Shown one piece after another: positions 50,200 to 60,900 of a DNA stretch of 64,000 nucleotides. The position numbers and the translations under genes are program-made. The notes beneath the pieces were generated by a model. It was not told where the DNA came from and searched no databases. It saw only the letters and a list, made by a program, of their open reading frames with translations. How positions within the stretch are numbered: position 1 is the stretch's first letter; each line of letters starts with the position of its first letter. This DNA is from a bacterium (lineage in GTDB: Bacteria; Electryoneota; Electryoneia; Electryoneales; Electryoneaceae), in assembly GCA_963669175.1 (NCBI GenBank), contig OY769902.1:1312001-1376000 (forward strand). The letters run 5' to 3'.

Positions 50200-50580
50200 C
50201 TACCTGTGCAGGTAACTCGTTATCGGGCTTTTTCTTGAAAGGGAGTCGCCATCTTTTTTCATTGAACGATGGATATCAAGGATTCGATCTCCCATGGCAT
50301 AGTCTATTTCACGGATGTCCTTGATATTCAGCAGGCGATGAACCAACTCCTTCATGCGGTCGATTTGTTTATTGATCTTTTCAAGCGTTGAAACCAGCGC
50401 AGGATCAGATGATTCCCGCATGAGCAGAACATCTGTTGAATTACGAATCACCGCGAGTGGATTGTTGAACTCGTGGGCAATTGTACCAGCCATTGATGAT
50501 ACGGTGCGTAAACGCTCTGCTTCGGAACAGGGAGCAGATGAGATTTTGTCTATCTTGTTTTTGGTGTCGCTCGTCATCAT
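50200..50580 (-). CDS. Stand-alone HisKA/DHp-domain protein
   Basis: H-box 'TIAHEFNNPL'; no ATPase domain; tail 'DYAMGDRILDI'. Confidence 0.75.
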   Translation of the reverse strand: MMTSDTKNKIDKISSAPCSEAERLRTVSSMAGTIAHEFNNPLAVIRNSTDVLLMRESSDPALVSTLEKINKQIDRMKELVHRLLNIKDIREIDYAMGDRILDIHRSMKKDGDSLSRKSPITSYLHR

Positions 50581-50603
50581 CAACCTGTGTACTGTATGTA
50601 AAC

Positions 50604-53384
50604 TCAACTTGCTTGAACCAGCATCTCGCGTGAATTATAAATATTCTCCATTTCACTGATTACGCGATTTACTTTTTTAGTGTCCCCGGGTCCTTTCTGG
50701 CTGTGGAGTTCTGCTTCCGTTTCCCTGGCTAACACAGCCAGTTGTGAAAACCCATATCCACCAGCGCTTCCCTGCAACCTGTGGAACCTGACTTGCAATT
50801 CCTGGGCGTCCTGTTCCTTCATCAGTTTTTTCAGCTCTTTAATCATCAGTGGGAACGCGTTTACATATTCCAGAACCAGGGGGAGCATGTCCTGGTCTAT
50901 CGGGGGGGTATACGATACTTTGACGGATGAAACGGGTTTCGGTTTAGTCTTGGCAGCGCCATTCTGCTGGAGAAATGACAATAGCGTCTGGTACAATTCG
51001 GTACGATGAATTGGTTTTGTCAGGAAAGCGTCACAACCTGCCTTCAGGCTTCTGTTTCTATCTTCTTTAGTCGCCAGTGCGGTCAGGGCGATGACGGGTG
51101 ATTTATAACCCACAGCCCGTAACTGGGCAGTAGCTTCGTAGCCGTCCATTTCCGGCATGAGCATATCCATCAGCACAATATCATAGGGGTTGTCACGATC
51201 AAGGGATTTGATGGCCTTGTCAACAGCTTCGCGTCCGTTCGCTGCGTAGTCGGCCTTCATGCCTGCCTTTGACAGATAAAAGTCAATGATTTGCCGATTG
51301 TCGGCGCCATCTTCTGCTACAAGAACTCGAACTCCAGAAAGCTCGCGAAATTCTTCAAACTTGTCTTCTTCTTCCTTTTCGGTTCTGACAGGTGTTTCAC
51401 GGAAATTGTACTCAAAGGCACTGTCAAGCAGCAGATGGAATGTAAAAGAACTTCCTTTTCCCACTGCTGTCTCAACAACAATTTCACCACCCAGCAGATC
51501 GGCAAGTTGGCGAGCAATACTTAATCCCAGTCCGGTCCCTTCAGGCTTCATGATGTTGTCGGGTAGTTTCCCCTGAAAGAAAGGCGAGAAAACATCTTCC
51601 AGTAGTTCATCTGGGATACCGGGACCGGTGTCTTCAATTGTAACCTGTAGTTCAATATCATCTGAATTTACGGCAACCGGCACACATCTCGTCAAAATGT
51701 TGACATGACCGGATTCAGTATATTTGATCGCATTACTGACCAGGTTGATGAGAATCTGCCGGAAGCGTACCGGATCGGTAAGGATTGTCTCCGGAAGCGA
51801 GGTTTCATATTCTGTATTGAACGTCAGACTTTTCTCCTGTGCACGCACTCTCATTACAGAAGTTACATCTTCAATGATTTCAAATGGATTAACCTGCTGC
51901 CGTTCTATCTGCATATGGCCGGCTTCTATCTTGGACAGATCAAGGATGTCACTGATCAATGAATGAAGATGACGAGCATTTCTACGAAGATTGGCGCTAA
52001 TCTCTGTTGTGTGCGGGTTGGAAACTTCTACCGAGTCCAGCATTTCCGCATATCCGATGATCGCAGCCATGGGTGTCCGGATCTCGTGGCTCATGCGTGC
52101 CAGAAAATCGCTTTTGGATCGGTTGGCCGCATCGGCTTCGTCACGGGCCAGTTTCAGAGCAAATTCAGCCCGCTTGCGCTGGGTGATGTCTCGATACTGC
52201 CAGAGATGACCACGATAATCATGGTCGATAAAAATGGGGATATAGTCACGCTGATAGATGTGACCATCGGCAAGCTCTATCTCCTCGCCACGCACCGGTT
52301 TTTGCGCGGCCAGGATGCCATTGATGTTTTCAACGAATCTGTCCGGATCAGCGAACAACGCTTTCGTTTCTTCGGCAGATTTGCTGCAATCACTCCCGAT
52401 CAGGCTTTCAGGGGGAACAGGAATACCGAACAAGCTGCAGAATTCCTGGTTGACCAGGGCAATGTGCCTGGTTTCATCTTCAACCAATACGCCTGAATGC
52501 AGGTTCTGCAGCAGTGTTGACAGACGTAAGGCCAGCGCAGAACGCTTCTCCTCAGCCTGGAGTTTTACGATTACGTTGGCGACTTGCGCTGCAACGGCTT
52601 CCAGCATTGGCCGTGCGGTATAAGGGGTTGAGTCCAGAAAGCGCGACGCCATATTAAAACAGCCGATGACTTCACCCTGAAAACGAATGGGAACAATGGC
52701 TGTAGTAATCAAACTCTCCTGGCAAATCGGATGGTCCGGGGGAAAATCGGCGCAGGGATGGTAATCAAAAGCCGGTTTCTCTGCTTCGAACAATTTCCAC
52801 GCCGGATGGTCAGGCGTAACGTCGTGCAACTGCGTCATCACATCATTGGAGACACCTCTATAGGCGTATAATACAAATCGTCGCCTGTCGGTGTCTTTCA
52901 GGTAAATACCACCGACTTCCAGGCCGGAAAGCGACGTTGCTGCGTCAATACATGCAGGCAGGGCTTCGTCAAGACTGCGTGCAGAGGCCAGTGTCATGGC
53001 CAGATCCTGCTTGACCTTGATCAGGGCGCGAACCTGCCTGATTTCCGTCATGTCTTGCAGGAAACATAAGGCTGCGTCTTTCCCGTTCCAGGTAATTCGG
53101 GTCAATTTAGCTTCCAGCCAACGGTTCTCACCGCTACGGGCGACCATGCGGAACGAATAGTTCAAAGGAAAAGAAGAGATGGATCGAAGACTGTTTCCGC
53201 TCTGGAAAAGCCTCTCGCGATCATCGCTATGGACAAAATCAAGAAACCTTTTACCTTCCAGTTCCTCTTCTGAAAAACCGGAGAGAAGGGCTGCCTGCGG
53301 GTTGGCGAGACGAATTCGCGGTCCCTGAATAATGATAATCGCATCGTGAGAGTGTTCAACGATGTCCCTGAATGCGTCGTGCAT
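50604..53384 (-). CDS. Hybrid histidine kinase (PAS-GAF-PAS-HisKA-HATPase-REC-Hpt)
   Basis: 'MSHEIRTP', 'NLVSNAIKYT', 'GTGLGL', receiver 'LMDMLMP' and Hpt 'HRLQGSAGGYGF'. Confidence 0.93.
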   Translation of the reverse strand: MHDAFRDIVEHSHDAIIIIQGPRIRLANPQAALLSGFSEEELEGKRFLDFVHSDDRERLFQSGNSLRSISSFPLNYSFRMVARSGENRWLEAKLTRITWNGKDAALCFLQDMTEIRQVRALIKVKQDLAMTLASARSLDEALPACIDAATSLSGLEVGGIYLKDTDRRRFVLYAYRGVSNDVMTQLHDVTPDHPAWKLFEAEKPAFDYHPCADFPPDHPICQESLITTAIVPIRFQGEVIGCFNMASRFLDSTPYTARPMLEAVAAQVANVIVKLQAEEKRSALALRLSTLLQNLHSGVLVEDETRHIALVNQEFCSLFGIPVPPESLIGSDCSKSAEETKALFADPDRFVENINGILAAQKPVRGEEIELADGHIYQRDYIPIFIDHDYRGHLWQYRDITQRKRAEFALKLARDEADAANRSKSDFLARMSHEIRTPMAAIIGYAEMLDSVEVSNPHTTEISANLRRNARHLHSLISDILDLSKIEAGHMQIERQQVNPFEIIEDVTSVMRVRAQEKSLTFNTEYETSLPETILTDPVRFRQILINLVSNAIKYTESGHVNILTRCVPVAVNSDDIELQVTIEDTGPGIPDELLEDVFSPFFQGKLPDNIMKPEGTGLGLSIARQLADLLGGEIVVETAVGKGSSFTFHLLLDSAFEYNFRETPVRTEKEEEDKFEEFRELSGVRVLVAEDGADNRQIIDFYLSKAGMKADYAANGREAVDKAIKSLDRDNPYDIVLMDMLMPEMDGYEATAQLRAVGYKSPVIALTALATKEDRNRSLKAGCDAFLTKPIHRTELYQTLLSFLQQNGAAKTKPKPVSSVKVSYTPPIDQDMLPLVLEYVNAFPLMIKELKKLMKEQDAQELQVRFHRLQGSAGGYGFSQLAVLARETEAELHSQKGPGDTKKVNRVISEMENIYNSREMLVQAS

Positions 53385-53450
53385 GGCAAAATCTCACGTA
53401 ACTTACTCTGTCCCAAAAAGGGACAACCTTAACAATTCTATTTAGTAGAA

Positions 53451-53465
53451 ACAAACGAAGTGCCA
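53451..53465 (-). promoter_or_regulatory. Possible sigma54 (-24/-12) promoter
   Basis: TGGCACTTCGTTTGT about 65 bp upstream of the kinase start; the -12 element is GT rather than GC. Confidence 0.3.
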
Positions 53466-53526
53466 GTTTCTCATTCTCTCAGGCTACGGCAAAGTTGTAG
53501 TGAGTTTTCACGTTGATGAACAGGCA

Positions 53527-53745
53527 GTGCATCACGCTGGAACGGGAACCGGAAAGCGCCGTAGCTCAACGGACAGAGGGGGGGCGCCCTTAAACCAGAC
53601 GTGGAACTCCGGGAGTGAACCTGAGGGGCATGGCAAGCTGTTCTACCTGCGCCAGTCCCATTCTGATTAACTCAGGGGAAAGTTTGATCAATAGCTGTTA
53701 CCGCTGAATCCTGTGCCGTACTCAGGTTTTCGCTTGGGAAAGCTC
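53527..53745 (+). ncRNA. Structured non-coding segment, probably a 5' (domain I) fragment of a group II intron
   Basis: Begins GTGCATCACG, one mismatch from GUGYG. Blocks such as AACGGACAGAGGGGGG..CCCTTAAACCAGAC, GTGAACC, CTGATTAAC and GTTACCGCTGAA resemble IIB intron domain I as I recall it. No RT or domain V follows. Confidence 0.45.
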
Positions 53746-54252
53746 TTACCTGGCCTTTATAACCAGGTCGATCCGGTTGTACTTGTGTTTCGGATTCAGG
53801 CCACGATGCAACCGCAAAACCGTCTGTCCGGAAGAAAGAACCTTGAACCGGTAATAGGTTTTTCCTTCACCGACCATGCGGCCTTCGGTGGAATCATCCT
53901 GTTTGAAGAAAGCATCTTCCGGGTGCAACATGGCGCTGTCCAGATCAGCTACACGCCAGCGTTGACCGATAACCATGTTGTCTTCTACTTCCACACACAG
54001 GATTTTTCCCTTCTGAACCGTGATCGAATCCAGAGAATCCGTGAGGAGGATTCTGCATTCGTCATCGCCGATGCATCCCTCATGCCATCGAAAAACACCG
54101 GGAAGCTTGTCCGGGAGACGATTCTCCACGAACTGCAGCGTATCGGATGGAACTTCTTGTAGTGTGCCGTTTTCAGGAGAAGATTGCTTGTTGCTGCACC
54201 CTGCGCAAAGAAAAACAACTCCTGCAACAATAAAAAAAACAAACTTTCGCAT
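53746..54252 (-). CDS. Lipoprotein with chagasin-like (I42 protease inhibitor) domain
   Basis: Lipobox LCAG-C; 'VEDNMVIGQRW...MVGEG...RFKVLSSGQTVLRL' resembles the NPTTGYxW / GxGG / FxAxxxG pattern. Confidence 0.55.
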   Translation of the reverse strand: MRKFVFFIVAGVVFLCAGCSNKQSSPENGTLQEVPSDTLQFVENRLPDKLPGVFRWHEGCIGDDECRILLTDSLDSITVQKGKILCVEVEDNMVIGQRWRVADLDSAMLHPEDAFFKQDDSTEGRMVGEGKTYYRFKVLSSGQTVLRLHRGLNPKHKYNRIDLVIKAR

Positions 54253-54384
54253 GGTAGTTCCCGTAAAAATCAACCGCCTCAATATAGGGCTTTTTCCAGG
54301 ATGGGCCAATCCAGACGGGCTCGACCGAAGGTGGTTTTCCGTGAAAGGAAATCCTTGTATCTTACGCTTCAACATGGAGGAGAC

Positions 54385-55179
54385 ATGAGCGACCAGCAGA
54401 AAACCAACCCATGGGATGCCCTGGCCTTTGATTATGACGAACGTGAAGGGTTTCTGAACGACGACCTTTTACACCAGGCGGTCAAACTGTTGCCGGAACC
54501 GGAAGTGGACGGCCCGATTCTTGTCGCCGGGGCCGGTACCGGTGGTGAATTGCCGTTGCTGGTAAAGAAATTCCCGAACGCCCGGTTCCTGGCCTCGGAT
54601 GTATCCCCAGGCATGGTGAAGATGATGGACTATCGCATCAAATCGGCCGGTTGGGAAGATCGTTTCGAAACGGAAGCCTGCGATGTGCTGGCGTTACCAC
54701 GAGAAAAGGCGGCGCTGTCCATGTCACTCCTGATGATTCATACCTTGAAGGATCCAATTGCCGGAGCGTTGGCGCAATACGGCTCCCTGCTGCCGGGTGG
54801 TACGCTTTTCCTGCTCTATTTTCCGCCGAAACCCGAACCGGGCGGGCCGCTCGCCGGGTTGTACGAGGCGGCGCGTACGCTTTTTCCGAAACCGGATCCG
54901 ACCTGGGAAGAAGAGCTGATCCATGACCTGGAAACGGCTGGCGCGGAAGCCATTACGAAAGAAACCCTCGCCTCAACCTGGTCTTTCCAGACGCCGAAGG
55001 ATTTTTGTGACACGATGGAGCGCCTGCCCAACAACCAGGCCGTGATCCGCAAACGTGGGCACGACTTCTTCGACCGAATCTGGCATGTCTGGACAGCGAA
55101 CATGGGACTGTCGCTCGAGATGGGACGCTGGTCCGGCCCGGTCTATGCCCGACTGGTAACCGCACGGAAACCGTTGTGA
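54385..55179 (+). CDS. Class I SAM-dependent methyltransferase
   Basis: GGAGG SD; 'WDALAFDYD', 'LVAGAGTG', 'SDVSPGM' and 'LLPGG'. Confidence 0.85.
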   Translation: MSDQQKTNPWDALAFDYDEREGFLNDDLLHQAVKLLPEPEVDGPILVAGAGTGGELPLLVKKFPNARFLASDVSPGMVKMMDYRIKSAGWEDRFETEACDVLALPREKAALSMSLLMIHTLKDPIAGALAQYGSLLPGGTLFLLYFPPKPEPGGPLAGLYEAARTLFPKPDPTWEEELIHDLETAGAEAITKETLASTWSFQTPKDFCDTMERLPNNQAVIRKRGHDFFDRIWHVWTANMGLSLEMGRWSGPVYARLVTARKPL

Positions 55180-55263
55180 AGAGACCGGAAATGAGGCAGC
55201 GCCCCGTCATCGGCTTGCTTGACAGGGCGCTACAGGATTGACAGATATCACAATACTACACGG

Positions 55264-55506
55264 TTACTTCACTAAAACCATGCGCTTCATGTCGGTAAAT
55301 GAACCTGCCTCGATCCGGTAGAAATACATCCCGCTGGCCAGTGCGCTCGCGTCGAAGGTGACACTGTGCGTTCCCGCCTGCATCGGACGATCCACCAACT
55401 GCGCCACTTCCTGCCCCATGATGTTGTACACCGACAATTTCACCATCTCCGGACGCATCAGGTCAAAGCTCAATGTCGTCGTCGGGTTGAAGGGGTTCGG
55501 GAAGTG
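55264..55506 (-). pseudogene. Orphan T9SS-type CTD fragment, copy 1
   Basis: 'FPNPFNPTT...KRMVLVK' with no cargo domain, signal peptide or convincing start. Confidence 0.75.
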
Positions 55507-55601
55507 TTTGAAGCAAGGCAAAAAAGAGAAGGGTAGAAATTTCAGAAAATCAAGAGGATGATGGCGACTATTTTCAACAAAAGCTAACACAATATGTTAC
55601 A

Positions 55602-56084
55602 AGGACAAAAACTACCGTCTGTCCCTAGTTTCTCTAGTTTCTACATGATCACTTCACCAGTACCATCCGTTTCATGTCGGTGAATGAGCCTGCTTCGATC
55701 CGGTAGAAGTACATCCCGCTGGCCAGTGCGCTCGCGTCGAAGGTGACACTGTGCGTTCCCGCCTGCATCGGACGATCCACCAACTGCGCCACTTCCTGCC
55801 CCATGATGTTGTACACCGACAGCTTCACCATCTCCGGACGTACCAGGTCAAAGCTCAGAGTCGTGGTCGGATTGAAGGCGTTGGGATAGTGTTTGAAGCA
55901 AGGCAAAAAAGAGAAGGGTAGAAATTTTAGAAAATCAAGAGGATGATGGCGACTATTTTCAACAAAAGCTAACACAATATGTTACAAGGACAAAAACTAC
56001 CGTCTGTCCCTAGTTTCTCAGGACAAAAACTACCGTCTGTCCCTAGTTTCTCACTAGTTTCTCACCGTCTGTCCCTAGTTTCTC
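55602..56084. repeat. REP-like unit AGGACAAAAACTACCGTCTGTCCCTAGTTTCTC (three full copies and one partial; another at 57164-57193)
   Basis: Copies at 55602-55634, 55987-56019, 56020-56052 and about 56064-56084. Stem AAACTA..TAGTTT surrounds a CTGTCCC core. Confidence 0.85.
55649..55891 (-). pseudogene. Orphan T9SS-type CTD fragment, copy 2
   Basis: 'YPNAFNPTT...KRMVLVK'; 385-bp period with copy 1. Confidence 0.75.
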
Positions 56085-56248
56085 TAGACCCCCCTCTACG
56101 CTATCGGTATGATCATCGCTGTCGGTTCCGCTGCATGGATCATCCGTGGCTGGTATGGGCTGTATTTCGGGATGTAGGAATTCTTGCCCGATCCTCCATC
56201 TGTCGCTGGTTTTTCCGAATACACCCTCATTACTGATCCCATTCTCCT

Positions 56249-56768
56249 GTCATCCCCGGCCCAATTCCCATGCCATCCCCGGCCTCATTCCATGTCATCC
56301 CCGGCTTGAACGGGGATCTCAGCAGACTAAGGCGTGGCCCGACTGCTTGCTGTCAGGTTTCAGAGGCAAAGCGCGTCCCGTTCCCCTGTCATCCCCGGCT
56401 TGAACGGGGATCTCAGCAGACTAAGGCGTGGCCCGACTGCTTGCTGTCGGGTTTCAGAGGCAAAGCGCGTCCCGTTCCCATGTCATCCCCGGCCCAATTC
56501 CCATGCCATCCCCGGCCTCATTCCATGCCATCCCCGGCTTGAACGGGGATCTCAGCAGACTAAGGCGTGGCCCGACTGCTTGCTGTCGGGTTTCAGAGGC
56601 AAAGCGCGTCCCGTTCCCATGTCATCCCCGGCCCAATTCCCATGCCATCCCCGGCCTCATTCCATGTCATCCCCGGCTTGAACGGGGATCTCAGCAGACT
56701 AAGGCGTGGCCCGACTGCTTGCTGTCAGGTTTCAGAGGCAAAGCGCGTCCCGTTCCCCTGTCATCCCC
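56249..56768. repeat. Composite tandem REP array (45-bp B and 94-bp A units, order B-A-A-B-A-B-A)
   Basis: Units start with GYCATCCCCGGC; A units carry the hairpin ATCCCCGGCTTGAACGGGGAT. Confidence 0.92.
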
Positions 56769-57138
56769 TCCCCGAATGTTGTGGTCGAGGATCTACCGGA
56801 GATCTCGAGGATACAGTATAAATGCTGAATTCACAATGTGTTGTTTCACGCAAAGCCGCAAAGAGCGCAAAGGAAGAAAACAAGAAAAACATGGCGGGTG
56901 GCCCTATTCGCACGTGATGATTTGAAGTCCATAAGGTTGATGGATACTTTGTTGAAGCAACAATACACGACGCAGCATGGAGTGAATAGGGACGGAGATT
57001 GGCCTGGGGAGCTGTTTGAGGCTTTATACATTATCCCGATGCGCTTATGAGGATTGGACGAGATAAAGGATACAGTGAGAGTTTTTCTGCTGAAATGCGA
57101 AAAGAAGCTGTATCACTTGGGCATCGGACTCCCGTCAA

Positions 57139-57870
57139 TCAAATGAGTATGTTATCCGTATTTAAAAAACTACCGTCTGTCCCTAGTTTTTCTCCAATAC
57201 CATCCAAGTCACCATTTCCACTTATTGCCATTATCACATTATTTTTTATTTGAGGGCGGGAGCTTGGATTCTGATCTGTTATACTTACTCCCTTTCCGCA
57301 TTGATATATAGTCGAGTATTCAACAAGAATCGAGTTGTTATATTCCTGATCCCCGTGAGCGACACCAACGGCAGCGCCAAGACAAGAGTCAATCTCACAG
57401 GAATCCACTTCAACGGTAGCATATTCCCATAAAACAATCGGACCAGAAGGATTCTGGTAAGCAGTTTCCTGATCGCCACCATGCTTGATCACACAATGGC
57501 GAAAGGTTCCTGTTGCTATGGCAAGTGTGTCACCATTGAATTTGATAGATCCCCAGGAACCAATTGACGAGGTTGTGCCACAGAAAGTGATTGGATTTTC
57601 CTCTGTGCCGGAAGCGGTCAAGGTTGCGCCGCCGTCGATGATGAGGGAGTTATCAACCGCAAACTTGACAGTCGTGCCTGCTTGGATCGTCAGCATCCCG
57701 GACGTCAGACGCACTTCGTCATTGAGGTTGTTGATGATCCAGGTCCGGTCATTGCCCCAAGTCGCGGGGCCGGCGATGCTGTCTGCGGACACCAAGCTGT
57801 CCGGCTGGGCGAACGTGATGGCGCTGACCGCGAGGAGCACGATCAACAGGAGGAAGGTTTTCCTCAGCAT
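57139..57870 (-). pseudogene. Truncated secreted parallel beta-helix protein
   Basis: SD and signal peptide; 'LTIQAGTTVKF...GTEENPITF...WGSI'. The frame runs into the REP unit (read as EKLGTDGSF) and stops without a CTD. Confidence 0.7.
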
Positions 57871-57971
57871 AAGCAACTCCTATCTTCTTGTAGATCAACA
57901 CTTCAGTGTTGATCCGTTGGAACACCGTGCGGGACTGGTCTGGCAACTGGATTCCGCGCGGTGTTTTTTTG

Positions 57972-60900
57972 TCACTTGATAAGCAATACGCGAGTCGTCC
58001 TGACTTCCTTTCTTGTCTTAAGTTGCACGAAATAGACACCCGAGGCTAGGCCAGAAGTGTCATACGATTTTAGATGTACACCGGCTTGGAGTTGAGGCCA
58101 GTCTATTGTGAAAACGGGTTGTCCAAGGATATTGAATAGTGCGAGCTGTACCGTGGTTTGGCATGGTAGCGCGAATACCACCGTCTGTCTTGAGTTGAAG
58201 GGATTGGGGTATACCGAATCAAGGATGAACCTCTCAGGAATATCAAGATGCTCCTGATACACCGAGAGTGGATATGTATAGCTCATGCCAAATGGCCCAC
58301 CCCACAAGCCGATATCATTACGAGTGCTGTCCAGATCGAAATAGGCGGTGTCTGGACACCCTGCATTGATCAAGGGCGATAGGTCATAGAGGAAAAAGTC
58401 CGTGGTATCAGCAAAGAGCGGATCTACAAATAAGTTTGTGCTATCCAGTTCAACATCAGGTGCTATCGAGTCATTATTGAAAAAACAATTATAATGAAAA
58501 TTATCAAGTAAAACACCAACATCTTCTGTTCGTACTGAAATACTATTACCATAAAATGCGTTATTAATGATATCAGGAAGAAGATCACCGTCATGATATT
58601 GCCATACTACCAAGCCAGATCCTTCTCCATAAAAGATATTGTTACTTATTAACAAATCATAATAATTATGTAATGATATTAATCCTATAGAACGCTGACT
58701 ATTATTACCAAAAAATAAATTATTAGAAATATGCCCTGTAAGCATATGATCAAAATTAACACCAGTACCAGGATTATAGAATCTGTTATTGATAATTTCA
58801 GCATGTCCCCCACCCAGATGTATAGCTGCCATGTCAACAAATAGATTGCCTTTAATCGACAATTCTGCTGCATAGCCATTTACACCAGCACCGTTCAAAT
58901 AAGAGTTATGTAGACTAAATCTCCCTGAATAGCAGTATAAAAAGGTAAATGTTCCGCCTTGTATCTGGATAAATTCAGAAGAATCAATATCTACAGTTGA
59001 ATGTCTTATCATATGAATGCTTTCATAATTGTCTGTGAGTCTGGAATGGCGGATAACTAGGTGTGTAGAATCGAGATTTGCTGCATAGGTCGGATACTCT
59101 GCAACTACGTATCGAAAATGTGACGTATCTGTGTGGCTGTAGAAATAAATCCCTCGAAAGCCGCCCACCATGGTAATACTATCAGCAGTGACAAAACGAA
59201 TGCCATCCTGTACAGTCCCCTCCGCAATCAACCTCCCATACACATCCAATCCAATGCGCTGCTCTGGATCTTCCACATATCTGAACTGCAATTCACACCC
59301 CGGTTCGATGACAAGGCTATCGCCTTCGGAGACGATGATATCTTCGACTACGTAGAACGGACTGTCTTCCACATACAAAATCCCGCTGATCTCACCACTC
59401 AGCAGCGTACGCTGGTCCACATCCACTGAGACGATTGATGAGTCTGTCTGCCCTTCGCCGTCTTCCACAATCACAGAAAAACTGAAGTCTTCGGCGTCTT
59501 CGGGTACAATTCCCGAGACGGCCGTCGTGTCGCTGACCCAATCCAGCTCGTCCTCTTCGGTCAGCCACTCGGGCAAGTCAGGAAAGGTGAAGTCAAATGG
59601 GCCGCTGTCATCGGTTGCAGTGATCTGGATACGGAGCGGTTGCCCGGTTTGGGCGAATACCTCTTCAGGGATGGTCTGGACTGGCGGGTTATCTATAGTT
59701 TGGTTGTAGTAGAAGCACCCGATATCGGCTCGAGTGTCGTCGGGATCGTCAGGGCTGTCAGGATCACCGGCGTCAATGCACGGGCTGCTGGCCTGCAACG
59801 AATAATCAAAGGGAATGCCGCCAGCCAGGTAAGGATCAGTAACCAAATTCGTTTCATCCAGTTCGAATCCGAAGACTGCGGCAGTGATATCCCCGAAACA
59901 ATTGTACTGGACACTAACAGGAACAGCGCCCACACGGCACTGAATTCCAGTGGCATTTACATTGTCACCAAGAAAAATGTTGTTCCGGAATGTGGTTGTA
60001 TCCGCATCCGACACTTCAACCCCATAACGCCGAAAACGGACAGTATTATTAAAAAAAGTCATATCTGTATTGGAACAGCATTGGACGCCATCTTGTTGGC
60101 CATAAATTACATTCCCTGACATCTCAACATGACTGTATGATAAATCTACAGCGCAAGCTAGAGGCGACACAATGATATTGTTCTGTAAAGTGCCTGATAC
60201 TTCACATATTTCGATGGCTTCAAGTACATTATTAATGATTGTCACATTGCATTCAGTGGCATATAATCCCTGGTCTTGACCGGCTCCCTGGATAGTATTG
60301 CCTGATATAACATATTCACCCCAATAGAAATCAACATTCAACATCGTGTTGTTGATTACATAAGCATTGCTTCTGTAAAGCTCAACCAAACCAAGTGTAT
60401 TGTTCTCTATATATGCTTCATAATAATCAGTATCAACATGCAGGTTAGCATTGGGCGTACTGTTGTCGATGATAAGAACCGGGCCTTCGCTGTTAATTGT
60501 AATCGTATGTGATGTCGCTGGCGGCACTGCGTCGAACTCGTTGTGACTGAGGGTGTCCACTCCAAACCAGGTTCTGTACGCCATGGTAGTGGCACATTCA
60601 ATACGACTATTAGTTATAGTGGTCTCACAATACCATAAATCAACAGGAAGCGATGCTTCTTCGACAACGCAATATTCGAGTTTAAGGCGCCTGATTGACT
60701 CTGTATTTGGTGAAGAGAAACCAGCGAATGGGTAGTCCTCGGAAGCAAAGTAGATTGAATCTCCCTGTTCACCTTGTGCGAATAACGCACCTAACACAAT
60801 TATTGCGTATTGGTTTGTACTGTCCTGATCCTGAAACTCAACTGTCACTCCCGGCTCGATTAGGAGCGTATCGCCTTCGGGGACGATCAGGGTGTCGGTG

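Noticed and set aside
53556-53630. tRNA-Arg gene or 23S rRNA fragment
   Set aside because: Only a 5'/D-arm-like string matches. There is no anticodon stem, TTC T-loop or acceptor 3' strand, and the similarity to 23S is under 25 nt.
55264-55975. DGR template/variable repeat pair
   Set aside because: Differences are not confined to adenines of one copy and are mostly synonymous; no reverse transcriptase is in the window.
56249-56768. CRISPR array or coding repeat protein
   Set aside because: The inter-repeat sequences are identical rather than unique spacers; the overlapping ORFs in several frames are repeat artefacts.
57893-57968. Integron attC site
   Set aside because: No RYYYAAC/GTTRRRY ends in the expected positions and no integron integrase.
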